Source: an uncultured Massilia sp. | GTDB lineage: Bacteria > Pseudomonadota > Gammaproteobacteria > Burkholderiales > Burkholderiaceae_D | Assembly: GCA_966211695.1 (NCBI GenBank) | Contig: CBIHOW010000046.1 | Span: 5,600-29,599 of the forward strand | Direction: 5' to 3' | DNA length: 24,000 nucleotides | Part shown: one piece after another, positions 10,070 through 18,648 of the stretch | How positions within the stretch are numbered: position 1 is the first letter of the stretch | How the letters are laid out: every line of letters begins with the position of its first letter | The notes under the pieces: generated by a model | Databases searched by the model: none | Seen by the model: only the letters and a program-made list of their open reading frames with translations | What the model was told of the DNA's origin: nothing | Program-made: the position numbers and the translations under genes

Positions 10070-10996
10070 TCAGTGCTGGTAGACGTTCGTCCAGTTGCCG
10101 GAACCCGTCTGGTTGACGTTGGCGACATAGCCTTCGCCGTATTGGCCCACCGTCGCGGTGTTGTTGTTGCCGATCTGGGCTATCGCGGCCGTGTTCCTGG
10201 CACCGGTCTGGATCACACTGGCCAGATTGTCGTTGCCGACCTGCCTGATGTCGGCGGAATGGGCGTCCCCGGTCTGGCTGGCGTCGGCACTGTTGCCGGA
10301 TCCCTCCTGCCGGATCGTGAGCGAGTCATCCCAGCCATCGCTCTGGACGGTACTAGCGCTGTTCGAGGTGCCGGTTTGTACGATGGTCGGGCCGGCGGCG
10401 TAGGCACTGTCGGTGATGACCGATGCGGTATTGCCATCGCCGTCCTGGGTGACTTTCGGACCATAGAACACGCCATCCCGCTGGATGACCGTCAACCTGT
10501 TGCCCGTGCCGGTCTGCGACGTCTGGATACTCGTGTCGGCACTGAGGCTCTGTTCCACGCGAGCGAAGTTGCCGCTGCCGTTCTGGTCGACGATGACAGG
10601 GCTCGTCGTGACGATGGATTGTGTGATCGTCGCATCGTTCCCGTTCCCGCGCTGCGTGATCCTCGCTTCGTTCAGGCCGGACGTCCCTCTCACGCCGTCC
10701 TGCGTGATGCCTGCGTTGTTGCCCGTGCCGTTCTGGCTGACCACGGCGCTCACGCTGTAGCGGGCGTCACGCTGGAAGATGCCGCCGCCGGTGGCACCGG
10801 GGCCGCCCACGTGGTTGTCGTTGCCGGTCTGCGTGATCGATGCGGTGGTCATGTCGTCCGGTACCACGCCGACCTGTTCTGCGGACGACGTGTTGCCATT
10901 GCCCTGTTGCGTGACCGTGATGGTCTGGCTGGCCGCGACGTGGCTGGCGCAGGCCAGCAACGCGCCGATGGCGATTGCCGAAAGTCTGGATTTCAT
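10070..10996 (-). CDS. Curlin-repeat protein (CsgA-like paralog 2, 308 aa)
   Basis: The N-terminal ~100 aa are nearly identical to paralog 1 and the middle is divergent. Contains curlin repeats and ends QTGSGNWTNVYQH. An 18 bp spacer separates it from the neighbouring paralog. Confidence 0.85.
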   Translation of the reverse strand: MKSRLSAIAIGALLACASHVAASQTITVTQQGNGNTSSAEQVGVVPDDMTTASITQTGNDNHVGGPGATGGGIFQRDARYSVSAVVSQNGTGNNAGITQDGVRGTSGLNEARITQRGNGNDATITQSIVTTSPVIVDQNGSGNFARVEQSLSADTSIQTSQTGTGNRLTVIQRDGVFYGPKVTQDGDGNTASVITDSAYAAGPTIVQTGTSNSASTVQSDGWDDSLTIRQEGSGNSADASQTGDAHSADIRQVGNDNLASVIQTGARNTAAIAQIGNNNTATVGQYGEGYVANVNQTGSGNWTNVYQH

Positions 10997-11014
10997 GAGC
11001 TTGCTCCTCGAGTA

Positions 11015-11956
11015 TCAATGCTGGTAGACGTTCGACCAGTTGCCCGAACCGGTCTGGCTCACATTGCCGACGTAGTAGCCTTGAAGAGTCTGGGTCACCG
11101 TCGCGCTGTTGCTGTTGCCGATCTGGGCAATCGAGGCCTTATGGAAGCCGTTGGCCTGGGTCAGGTTGGCAAGGTTGTCGTTGCCGCTCTGGATGATGTC
11201 TGCGTATCCGGCACCCATCTCGCTCGCGCTGACGGCGTTGCCTGCACCCTGTTGTGAGAGGGTGAGCAGGACATCGGTATCGATCAGCAGGACGCGCGCG
11301 CTGTTCATGCTGCCGTCCTGGGTGATCCTGGCGCCGGGACCAAGGAGATTGTCCGCGTAGATCGAGACCGTATTGCCTTCGCCGGTCTGGGTGACCTGCG
11401 GTCCGCCATGCGAGCTGCGCAAGTGATCCGCCGTGGTCGTGTTGCCGGTACCGTTCTGCGTGATGTGGAACGACGCGTCGCCGGTGTCGACCTGCCGCAG
11501 GCGCGCCAGGTTGGCGCTGCCGTTCTGGTCGACGGTCACATCGTTGGACACCCCGTGCGTCTGCGTGATCGCCGCATCGTTCCCGTTGCCATGCTGGGTA
11601 ATCACGGCTGCGAGCGGCGGCGGGTTCGGCCCGGGCCTGCCGTCCTGCGTGATGCCCGCGTTGTTGCCCGCCCCGATCTGGGTGACCACCGCACGCGCGC
11701 CGCCGTTCGGAGAGAGGATCTGGTAAATGCCGCCGCTCGTGCCGCCAGGACCGCCGACGTGGTTGTCATTCCCGATCTGCGTGATCGAGGCGGTGGTGGA
11801 TGAATAGATGACCGCGTCGGGCGTCGTATTCACCTGCTCCGCGGCCGCCGTGTTGCCGCTGCCCTGCTGCGTGACCGTGACGGTCTGGCCCGACGCGGCC
11901 AGGCTGGCGCAGGCCAGGCCGACGCCGAGTGCGATTGTCGAGAGTGCGAGTCTCAT
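11015..11956 (-). CDS. Curlin-repeat protein (CsgA-like paralog 3, 313 aa)
   Basis: Signal peptide MRLALSTIALGVGLACASLAASGQ, curlin repeats, and the ending QTGSGNWSNVYQH. GAGGAG RBS. Confidence 0.85.
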   Translation of the reverse strand: MRLALSTIALGVGLACASLAASGQTVTVTQQGSGNTAAAEQVNTTPDAVIYSSTTASITQIGNDNHVGGPGGTSGGIYQILSPNGGARAVVTQIGAGNNAGITQDGRPGPNPPPLAAVITQHGNGNDAAITQTHGVSNDVTVDQNGSANLARLRQVDTGDASFHITQNGTGNTTTADHLRSSHGGPQVTQTGEGNTVSIYADNLLGPGARITQDGSMNSARVLLIDTDVLLTLSQQGAGNAVSASEMGAGYADIIQSGNDNLANLTQANGFHKASIAQIGNSNSATVTQTLQGYYVGNVSQTGSGNWSNVYQH

Positions 11957-12008
11957 GAGGTGCTCCTCGAAGTGGACAGGGGCGGATTGGAAAGCGATTC
12001 AGCGGCCC

Positions 12009-12407
12009 CTAATGCTGAACGATGGTGGCCGACTTGCCGTTGCCGTACTGCGTGATGCGCGCATAGCCTTGCTGGCCGTATTGCTCGATGCGGGCCGTGT
12101 TCAAGGCGCCCTGCTGGTCGATGCCGGCGCGGTTGCCTGCACCCGCCTGCAGGATGCTGGCCGTGTTCCGCTGCCCGTTCTGCTGCACGAGGGCTTCGTT
12201 GTCCAGGCCGGTTTGCAGCAGGCTGGCGCTGTTGTCGGTGCCCGCTTGCGATACCGATGCCCGGCTTGGCGCGACGGGCAGGGATGCCGCGGCAGTGACG
12301 GCAATCGGCACATCGAGTTCGGACGGTCCCAGGTCGCCCGCGCGGGCGCCCGCGAGGATGCCGGCGGCCAGCAGCAGGCCGCAGGCGCCGTGTCGCAGCG
12401 TATTCAT
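12009..12407 (-). CDS. Small curlin-repeat protein (132 aa), CsgB-like minor/nucleator candidate
   Basis: Starts at the internal Met MNTLRHGACGLLLAAGILAGA (signal peptide) of the 397 aa ORF in the track. It has 4-5 curlin repeats (SQAGTDNSASLLQTGLDNEALVQQNGQRNTASILQAGAGNRAGIDQQG...). Its ATG overlaps the csgG stop (ATGA at 12404-12407). Confidence 0.75.
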   Translation of the reverse strand: MNTLRHGACGLLLAAGILAGARAGDLGPSELDVPIAVTAAASLPVAPSRASVSQAGTDNSASLLQTGLDNEALVQQNGQRNTASILQAGAGNRAGIDQQGALNTARIEQYGQQGYARITQYGNGKSATIVQH

Positions 12408-13234
12408 GGCGCTCTCCCAGCGGCGGCCAGGTAGCGCCGCAGCACCGGATTGGCCATCCCGGCGTCGTCCTGCAGCGCCCAGTTCCCGGCGCGGATGCCC
12501 TGCGCGATCAGGTGCACCACGGCGGCCTCGATCGCCTCGTCGACGCATAGCTGCGCGGGCTCGTTGCGGGTCGTACCGGCCTCGAATTCCGCCAGGTCCT
12601 TCACGTTGACGAACTTGAAGACGCTCGGGTGCAGCTCGTACGAATAAATGGTCTTGGTGGTCGACACGCTCTGCAGGATCTGGCCGCCGCGGATGTCGAC
12701 CGTGCGCAGGTTGACCGTCACCTGGTCGACCCGGTACTGGGTGCTCATCCCGATGCCGAGGAAGCGCGCGCCCACGCCGCCGGTGCGCACGTTGCTTTCG
12801 TAGGCGACGACGCCGCCCTCGATCAGGACGGAGGCCGCGAGCAGGGGAGGCATCTGCACGGGCGGCGTTCCCGCCGGCTGCGGCATCTCCAGCGCGCGCA
12901 CGATCTTGCGTTCGGTGAGCAGGTTCTGCAGGTTTTCGCGTTCCACCGGGATGAACCAGCCCGAGTCCTGCAGCGCCCGGATCAGCATCGACGACGCGCC
13001 CTGCGTCACCGCGGTGGAGAACGAGCTGTCCGGCGCCGGCTTGTACTGGCCGGTCTGGTCGCGGATACCGTACACGGCCACGGCGATCCTGCCCTTCGGA
13101 GCCGGCAGGGCCAGCAGGTCGCGCCGGATGGCGGTGTCGGGCGTCAGCTGGGCATTGTCGCGCACCGTCGAGGGCACATGGGCGCATCCGCCCAGCGCGC
13201 ACAGCAGTGCCAGCGCGGCCAAGCGGGCGTTCAT
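12404..13234 (-). CDS. csgG: Curli production assembly/transport outer-membrane lipoprotein CsgG
   Basis: 276 aa counted from the internal Met, with lipobox LLCALGGC. CsgG-family sequence throughout (IAVAVYGIRDQTGQYKP...FSTAVTQGASSMLIRALQDSGWF...ERENLQNLLTERKI...). The part of the track ORF upstream of 13234 is an artefactual extension. Confidence 0.9.
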   Translation of the reverse strand: MNARLAALALLCALGGCAHVPSTVRDNAQLTPDTAIRRDLLALPAPKGRIAVAVYGIRDQTGQYKPAPDSSFSTAVTQGASSMLIRALQDSGWFIPVERENLQNLLTERKIVRALEMPQPAGTPPVQMPPLLAASVLIEGGVVAYESNVRTGGVGARFLGIGMSTQYRVDQVTVNLRTVDIRGGQILQSVSTTKTIYSYELHPSVFKFVNVKDLAEFEAGTTRNEPAQLCVDEAIEAAVVHLIAQGIRAGNWALQDDAGMANPVLRRYLAAAGRAP

Positions 13235-13656
13235 TGCCCCACCTCGAACGAGGTGACGGCGCCGGTCGTCTTGTCCGTCGTGGTCACGCGCAGCAGGCCG
13301 CCGCCCAGGTCGGTCACCGTGATGACGAAGTTTTCGGTCGAAAACGTCCCCGGCAACAGCTTGCCGTCCGATCCCATCAGCTTCGACGTCGCGGCGGACG
13401 CGAGCTGGCTCAGCATCATGCGTTCGAGCGTCTGGTTGAACTGTTCGAGGGGCGACTGGTTCAGTGGCGACGACGCGCCGAAGCCAGTCTGGCCATGCTT
13501 GTTGGTCGCGGACGCCGCACCGAGCAGGCCCGGCCCGTTGGAGGGCACGCCGCCGAAATTCGGGTTGACCGGCACGTACACCAGTTCGGAAGCGCACGCG
13601 GCGGCGCCCCAGAACGCGAGGCTGCAGGCGACAGGCAGGGACAGTCGGTGGGACAT
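13231..13656 (-). CDS. csgF: Curli assembly protein CsgF
   Basis: Signal peptide followed by the CsgF hallmark ELVYVPVNPNFGGVPSNG. AAGGAG RBS. Its stop overlaps the csgG start (ATGA at 13231-13234). Confidence 0.85.
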   Translation of the reverse strand: MSHRLSLPVACSLAFWGAAACASELVYVPVNPNFGGVPSNGPGLLGAASATNKHGQTGFGASSPLNQSPLEQFNQTLERMMLSQLASAATSKLMGSDGKLLPGTFSTENFVITVTDLGGGLLRVTTTDKTTGAVTSFEVGQ

Positions 13657-13676
13657 GGCTCACTCCTTCATGCGGG

Positions 13677-14099
13677 TCAGAATTCGTCGGGTGCCAGGTC
13701 GGCATCGAGGATGAGCGTGCGTTGGCGCTCGACGTCGAGGACGGCCCGGTAGGCGCTCTCGGCGGCGTTTTCGCCCAGCGCCTTCAGCGCCGTGCGCGTG
13801 GGCGGCAGCTGCACCTGGAGCACACGGCGCGGGCCGTACTCGACCCAGACCTGCGTGCCCCAGCGCGCCGACGGGCGCTCGCGGATGGCGATCGTGTAGC
13901 GGTCGCTGCCCGGCTTGTCGAGCCAGGCGGCCAGGAAGGAACGGCAGAATTCATGACCCGCCACCGTGATGGGCTGGCTCGTCACGATGCCCCAACCGTC
14001 CGGGTCGGGGTCGCGCCCGTCCTGTCCGGCGACAGCGCAGGCGAGCGGGTACGCGGCGGCCAGGGCCAGGCACGCGAGGTGGCGGGCAATGCGGATCAT
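13677..14099 (-). CDS. csgE: Curli production assembly/transport component CsgE
   Basis: Signal peptide, then the CsgE-like core GIVTSQPITVAGHEFCRSFLAAW...YTIAIRERPSARWGTQVWVEY. It is the first gene of the csgEFG block. Confidence 0.8.
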   Translation of the reverse strand: MIRIARHLACLALAAAYPLACAVAGQDGRDPDPDGWGIVTSQPITVAGHEFCRSFLAAWLDKPGSDRYTIAIRERPSARWGTQVWVEYGPRRVLQVQLPPTRTALKALGENAAESAYRAVLDVERQRTLILDADLAPDEF

Positions 14100-14110
14100 C
14101 TGCGACTTTC

Positions 14111-14138
14111 ATTGCTTAAAAGTTATAAAATAAGCAAT
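14111..14138. promoter_or_regulatory. AT-rich palindrome immediately upstream of csgE
   Basis: attgctta (14111-14118) and taagcaat (14131-14138) are exact inverted repeats around a 12 nt A/T spacer, within otherwise GC-rich DNA. The function is inferred only from position. Confidence 0.35.
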
Positions 14139-14187
14139 ATGGATAAGTGCAGTGTATCGAGCGGACGAGCCCGGCCCATGACCCTCG

Positions 14188-15192
14188 TCAGGAATGCATG
14201 ATTGCGATTTTGCCGATATGGGTGCCGCTTGCCAGCACCTCGTAGGCCCCGGCCGCCTCGTCGATGCCGACGACCCGGTCGACCACCGGCACGATGCGGT
14301 TGGCCTCGATGGCCCGTACCGCTTCCGCCAGGTCCGCCACCGACCCCGTGCTGTTGCCCACCACGCGCAAGGCCTTGCTGATGATGGAAAACAGGTTGAC
14401 CGACGTCGTCGCGCCCGACAGGAAGCCGACCGTGAACACGGTGCCGCCCATCGCCGCCGCGTGCAGCGAGCGCTCGAACGTGGCGTCGCCGACCGTCTCG
14501 ACGACGAGGTCCACGCCGCGCCCACCCGTGATTTCCAGCACGACCTTGTCCCACGCCGGCGTCGCGCGATAGTTCACAAGGTGATCGGCGCCGAGCGCGC
14601 GGCCACGCTCGAGCTTGGCGTCGGATGACGACACCAGGATGACGGTCGCCCCGCTCGCCTTGGCGAACTGCAGCGCGAACAGGCTCACGCCGCCCGTGCC
14701 CAGGATGACGACCGTGGAACCGGGCCGCACGGACGCCGAGCGCACCGCATTCCACGCGGTCGTGGCCGCGATCGGCAAGGTCGCTCCCTGCGCGAAATCG
14801 AGGTGTTCCGGCAGCCGGACGACGCTCTTCGCCGGCACGGCCACGTATTCCGACAGCGACCCGGGACGCGTGATGCCGCGCATGGCCGTGATCTTTTCCG
14901 GGCGCATCGGCCCGTCGAGCCAGTCCGGCATGAAGTGCGGAACCACCCGGTCGCCAAGCGCGACACCGGTCACGTCCGCGCCCAGAGCGACGATCTCTCC
15001 GGCGCCGTCGGCGACGGGCACCAGCGGCCAGGTCGGGCCAGGGAAGTGTCCGGTCGCGACGGCGACGTCGATGTAGTTCAGCGCGGCTGCGCGCAGGCGG
15101 ATGAGGACTTCGCCGGCGGCCGGCTGCGGATCGGGCAACGACGTGCGACGGAAAGCGGACAACGAGGGTTCGACAAGCTGGATGGCGTACAT
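14188..15192 (-). CDS. Zinc-binding alcohol dehydrogenase / NADPH:quinone oxidoreductase family protein (MDR superfamily)
   Basis: 334 aa from the internal Met MYAIQLVEPS, with AGGAG upstream. Has a GroES-like N-domain and the Rossmann motif VVILGTGGVSLFALQFAKASGA. The 666 aa track ORF is an upstream extension running antisense through the LysR gene. Confidence 0.88.
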   Translation of the reverse strand: MYAIQLVEPSLSAFRRTSLPDPQPAAGEVLIRLRAAALNYIDVAVATGHFPGPTWPLVPVADGAGEIVALGADVTGVALGDRVVPHFMPDWLDGPMRPEKITAMRGITRPGSLSEYVAVPAKSVVRLPEHLDFAQGATLPIAATTAWNAVRSASVRPGSTVVILGTGGVSLFALQFAKASGATVILVSSSDAKLERGRALGADHLVNYRATPAWDKVVLEITGGRGVDLVVETVGDATFERSLHAAAMGGTVFTVGFLSGATTSVNLFSIISKALRVVGNSTGSVADLAEAVRAIEANRIVPVVDRVVGIDEAAGAYEVLASGTHIGKIAIMHS

Positions 15193-15282
15193 GGGGTGGC
15201 TCCTTTGTAATGAGACGCCCAGTGTGATTGCCAACGGAAAGACGATAAACTCGGCTTTTCTTGCAACATTTTCAATCGGGAC

Positions 15283-16182
15283 TTGCGAATGGATCTGCTG
15301 GACAGCATGAAGGTCTACGTGTTCACCGTCGAGAAGGGCAGCCTGAGCGCGGCCGCGGACGCGTGCGGCATGTCGGCGACGATGGCCGGCAACCACGTGC
15401 GCGCGCTCGAGCAGCGGCTCGGCATGCAACTGATGCACCGCACGACGCGGCGCCAGCATGTGACCGCGTTCGGCGAGGAGTATTACGCGCGCTGCAAGGA
15501 GATCCTGCGGCTCGTGGCGGAGACGGATGCCCAGGCGCACACGATGCGGCTCGCGCCCGCGGGCACGCTGCGCGTGAGCGCGCCCGTCACGTTCGGCACG
15601 GAGGCGCTGGCGCCGGTGCTGTCCGATTACCTGGCGCGCTATCCGCAAGTGGATGTCGAACTGGATATTTCCGACCGCTTCGTCGACCTGATGGAAGATG
15701 GCTACGAAGCTATCATCCGCGTCGGCCAGTTGCCGCCGGATGCGAACGTCGTCGCCCGGCCGCTGGCGCCGTACCGGCTGATGCTGTGCGCGTCGCCCGA
15801 CTATCTCGCGCTGCGCGGCGTACCCGCGACCCCGGCCGACCTGGCCCGCCACGACTGCCTCGCGTTCGGCGCCGCCAGCATCAACCAGTGGCGCTTCCAG
15901 CACGACCACGACGTGTGCCAGGTGCCCGTCCACGGCCGCGTCAGAATCAATAACGGGCAGGCCTTGCGCACCGCGGCGCTGCAGGGACTCGGCATCGTGC
16001 TGCAGCCGACGATCCTGCTCGAGGCCGACGTGCGGGCAGGGCGGCTCGTCCAGCTGTTTCCCGAGTACGGCCTGCCGGAGCGGCCGATGCACATCGTCTA
16101 CCTGCCGGACCGTTATCGCTCGCCCAAGCTGCGCAGTTTTATTGATTTCATCGTTAAACGTTTTGGAGCGCCGACCCCATGA
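15283..16182 (+). CDS. LysR-family transcriptional regulator
   Basis: N-terminal wHTH (MDLLDSMKVYVFTVEKGSLSAAADACGMSATMAGNHVRALEQRLGMQLMHRTTR) plus a LysR substrate-binding domain. It is transcribed divergently from the oxidoreductase gene. Confidence 0.92.
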   Translation: MRMDLLDSMKVYVFTVEKGSLSAAADACGMSATMAGNHVRALEQRLGMQLMHRTTRRQHVTAFGEEYYARCKEILRLVAETDAQAHTMRLAPAGTLRVSAPVTFGTEALAPVLSDYLARYPQVDVELDISDRFVDLMEDGYEAIIRVGQLPPDANVVARPLAPYRLMLCASPDYLALRGVPATPADLARHDCLAFGAASINQWRFQHDHDVCQVPVHGRVRINNGQALRTAALQGLGIVLQPTILLEADVRAGRLVQLFPEYGLPERPMHIVYLPDRYRSPKLRSFIDFIVKRFGAPTP

Positions 16183-16760
16183 CCGCACTGCTCATCATCG
16201 ACATGCAAAAAGGCATGCAAAGCCCGACCTTGCCACCCCGGAACAACCCACAGGCGGAAGCCAACATCGCCCGCTTGCTGGCGGCGTGGCGGGAACGCGG
16301 CGAGCCCGTCGTCCTCGTCCGCCACATCAGCCGCTCGCCGACGTCGGTCTTCGCGCCCGGCCAGAGCGGCGCCGAATTCCAGGAAGCGTTCTCTCCGCTG
16401 GCGCACGAGCACGTCGTCGAAAAGAACGTGCCCGACGCCTTCATCAACACGGGACTCGAACGGTGGCTGCACGCGCGCGGCATCCGCGACGTCGTCATCG
16501 CCGGCGTGAGCACGAACAATTCGGTCGAGGCGACGGCGCGCACGGCCGGCAATCTCGGCTTCTCGACGGTCGTCGTGGCGGATGCCTGCTTCACGTTCGA
16601 CAAGACCGACTTCGGCGGTACGTTGCGCAGCGCCGAGGACGTCCACTTGATGGCGCTTGGGAACCTGCATGGCGAGTATGCGGACGTGCAGGTGACTGTC
16701 GACGTTTTGCGTACGCTTGGTATCTCTAACAATACCGGTCGACGTACCGCCGGCAGATGA
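16179..16760 (+). CDS. Isochorismatase-family cysteine hydrolase
   Basis: Has ALLIIDMQKG (catalytic Asp region) and VVVADAC (catalytic Cys). Its start overlaps the LysR stop (ATGA). Confidence 0.88.
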   Translation: MTALLIIDMQKGMQSPTLPPRNNPQAEANIARLLAAWRERGEPVVLVRHISRSPTSVFAPGQSGAEFQEAFSPLAHEHVVEKNVPDAFINTGLERWLHARGIRDVVIAGVSTNNSVEATARTAGNLGFSTVVVADACFTFDKTDFGGTLRSAEDVHLMALGNLHGEYADVQVTVDVLRTLGISNNTGRRTAGR

Positions 16761-16838
16761 GCGGACAGGCCTGCGAGAAAAATTCCTGATATTCAATTGC
16801 GGAAAGTAGAACTGGGGCAGGCCCCCTTTGAATCCCGG

Positions 16839-17702
16839 TCAGCTTCCCGGATTGCGTGCCATGACGATCCACGCCGCGCCGTCGATCATCACCGACCGCT
16901 CGCCGGGGAGGTCCGCGAAGACGGCACGGACCGCGGCCGCGGCGTGGGCGCGGATGCCATCGGGCTGGTCAGCGAGCGCATGCGACAGCGGGCCGACCTC
17001 GAGCGCCATCTTGACCGCGTCGTCGAGCGCAGCGTCCCGCGTCGCGCCCTCGCCGAACGGGACGGAAGCATCGAAGGGCACGATGGCGCTATCGGTGAAG
17101 CCGGCTGCCGTCAGGATGCGCGCCACACGTCCCCGGTCGGCGAACGAAAATGGGCCGGGCGTTTCGGGACCGGGCGGCGCGGTCGGCGGCACGATGGCCT
17201 TGATCGCGTCCATCGGCAGGCGTACCCAATCGTTCTCGGCCACGCCGCGCCAGCAGACGAAAGCGACCCGCCCGCCCGGCCGGAGCGCGCGTCGCAGATG
17301 GGCAAACGCCGCTGTCGGATCATCGAAGAACATCACCCCGAAACGCGAGAACAGGATGTCGAATGCGGCGTCGGGCAGCTCGACGCTGCTGGCGTCGGCC
17401 ACCTGGAACCGGACCGGCATATCCTGTGGTGCAAGCGCGCGCGCCCGGCCGATCAGCGGTTCGGATATGTCCACGCCAAGCACTTGTCCCCCAGCGCCGA
17501 CGCGGGCGGTCAAAGCGAGACTCGATGCGCCCGCGCCGCAGCCGACATCCAATATGCGCTCGCCAGCCGCCGGCGCGACGGCTTCGATCGCGGCCTGGCC
17601 GAACACCGCCACCATGGCGTCGAGCCGGGCCTGGTTGGCGACCCAGCGCTCCGCGCTTCGACCATTCCAGTCGGCGGCCTGATAGGCATGTTGCTCAGCC
17701 AT
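16839..17702 (-). CDS. Class I SAM-dependent methyltransferase
   Basis: SAM-binding motif I ERILDVGCGAGASSLAL, and later FDILFSRFGVMFF. Confidence 0.88.
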   Translation of the reverse strand: MAEQHAYQAADWNGRSAERWVANQARLDAMVAVFGQAAIEAVAPAAGERILDVGCGAGASSLALTARVGAGGQVLGVDISEPLIGRARALAPQDMPVRFQVADASSVELPDAAFDILFSRFGVMFFDDPTAAFAHLRRALRPGGRVAFVCWRGVAENDWVRLPMDAIKAIVPPTAPPGPETPGPFSFADRGRVARILTAAGFTDSAIVPFDASVPFGEGATRDAALDDAVKMALEVGPLSHALADQPDGIRAHAAAAVRAVFADLPGERSVMIDGAAWIVMARNPGS

Positions 17703-17754
17703 GTCATCTCCTTGTTCTGATTTGTTCTTGCAACCGGAAAGCGAATCCGTGCTC

Positions 17755-18648
17755 TCAGGCCACCATCGATTGCTGGGCGAAGATGCCCGCCATCGCGCCC
17801 TGCGACGACGCCTGGGTCACCGAGGGCAAGAAGGGCGTGGCGAGGTCGCCGGCGGCGTAGATGCCTGGCATGCTGGTTTGGCGGCGCTCGTCGACCTTGA
17901 GGACGATGCCGACGGGCGTCTCCACCGTGGCGAGGCCCAGTGATTCATGCAGGCTTGCGGACGGCTTGTTGCGCGGCTGGGCGAACAGGATGTCGACGGC
18001 GACGTTGCGACCAGTATCGAGATTGACGGTGGTGAGGTGGCCCTTTTGATGGGCGATCTCGACGATCCGGCCGGCGACGACATCGATGCGGCGGAGCGCC
18101 AGGTCCGCCTGGATATCGGGAGAAATGTCATGACCATCCGCGAAGACAGTCAACTTGTCGGTCCAATCATGGAACAGCCTGGCAGACTGGTGCGACTGCG
18201 GACCGGACCAGAGGAGTCCCCAATGCTGGCCGGCGACTTCAAAGCCGTCGCAATAGGGGCAGGGCACGATGGACGTGCCCCAGCTTTCGGCGAAGCCTGG
18301 GACGTCAGGCATCTGGTCGACGACGCCATAGCTCAGGATCAGCCGACGTGCCCGAAGGCTTTCGTTATCGTCTGTGACGACGCAGAAATCGTCGATGGCG
18401 CCGGTGACGCTCTCGGCCCGGGCAGTGACCAGCCTGATCGTTGGGTAGCGCGCCAGCTGCTGCCGCGCCTCGGCCAGGATGTCCAGCGGCGGCTTGTGAT
18501 CGTGGCCGAGCAGACCGTGCGAGTGGCCGGCAAAGCGGTTGCGCGGCCGGCTGGTATCGAGAACGGTGACCTTGCGGCGGGCACGGCCGAGCTGCAGGGC
18601 GGCGGCGAGGCCGGCAAAGCTGCCGCCGATGATGATGACGTCATCCAT
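17755..18648 (-). CDS. NAD(P)/FAD-dependent oxidoreductase (thioredoxin-reductase-like)
   Basis: N-terminal dinucleotide fold DVIIIGGSFAGLAAALQLGRARRKVTVLD and the C-terminal FAD motif GIYAAGDLA. Confidence 0.88.
   Translation of the reverse strand: MDDVIIIGGSFAGLAAALQLGRARRKVTVLDTSRPRNRFAGHSHGLLGHDHKPPLDILAEARQQLARYPTIRLVTARAESVTGAIDDFCVVTDDNESLRARRLILSYGVVDQMPDVPGFAESWGTSIVPCPYCDGFEVAGQHWGLLWSGPQSHQSARLFHDWTDKLTVFADGHDISPDIQADLALRRIDVVAGRIVEIAHQKGHLTTVNLDTGRNVAVDILFAQPRNKPSASLHESLGLATVETPVGIVLKVDERRQTSMPGIYAAGDLATPFLPSVTQASSQGAMAGIFAQQSMVA

Noticed and set aside
9521-11257. 578 aa plus-strand ORF across the curlin genes, along with other plus-strand ORFs at 9005-12609
   Set aside because: They are antisense to three genes with signal peptides, RBSs and curlin repeats. 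The apparent repetitiveness only mirrors the curlin repeats on the opposite strand.
11978-12010. Hairpin between the small curlin and curlin paralog 3, considered as an attenuator or terminator
   Set aside because: The stem is only 6 bp (aggggc/gcccct) with a ~21 nt loop and no U-tract, and it overlaps the stop codon. That is too weak to call.
9128-12407. Periodic repeats considered as a possible CRISPR or other non-coding tandem array
   Set aside because: The periodicity is at the protein level (curlin repeats of ~22 aa, degenerate at the DNA level) within ORFs that have signal peptides. There are no identical short direct repeats with unique spacers and no cas genes.
12009-13705. Long versions of the ORFs 12009-13202 (397 aa) and 12404-13705 (433 aa)
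   Set aside because: The upstream portions are Arg/Pro/Gly-rich and overlap csgG/csgF in other frames. Internal Met codons followed by signal peptide or lipobox sequences and ATGA coupling give the real genes, 12009-12407 and 12404-13234.
14188-16188. 666 aa ORF fusing the oxidoreductase with sequence antisense to the LysR gene
   Set aside because: Homology starts at the internal Met (15192), which is preceded by AGGAG. The upstream 330 aa run antisense to a clear LysR regulator.
16761-16838. Terminator between the convergent isochorismatase and methyltransferase genes
   Set aside because: The only structure is a 4-5 bp stem (ggggcaggcccc) with a minimal loop and a short T run. It is not convincing as an intrinsic terminator.
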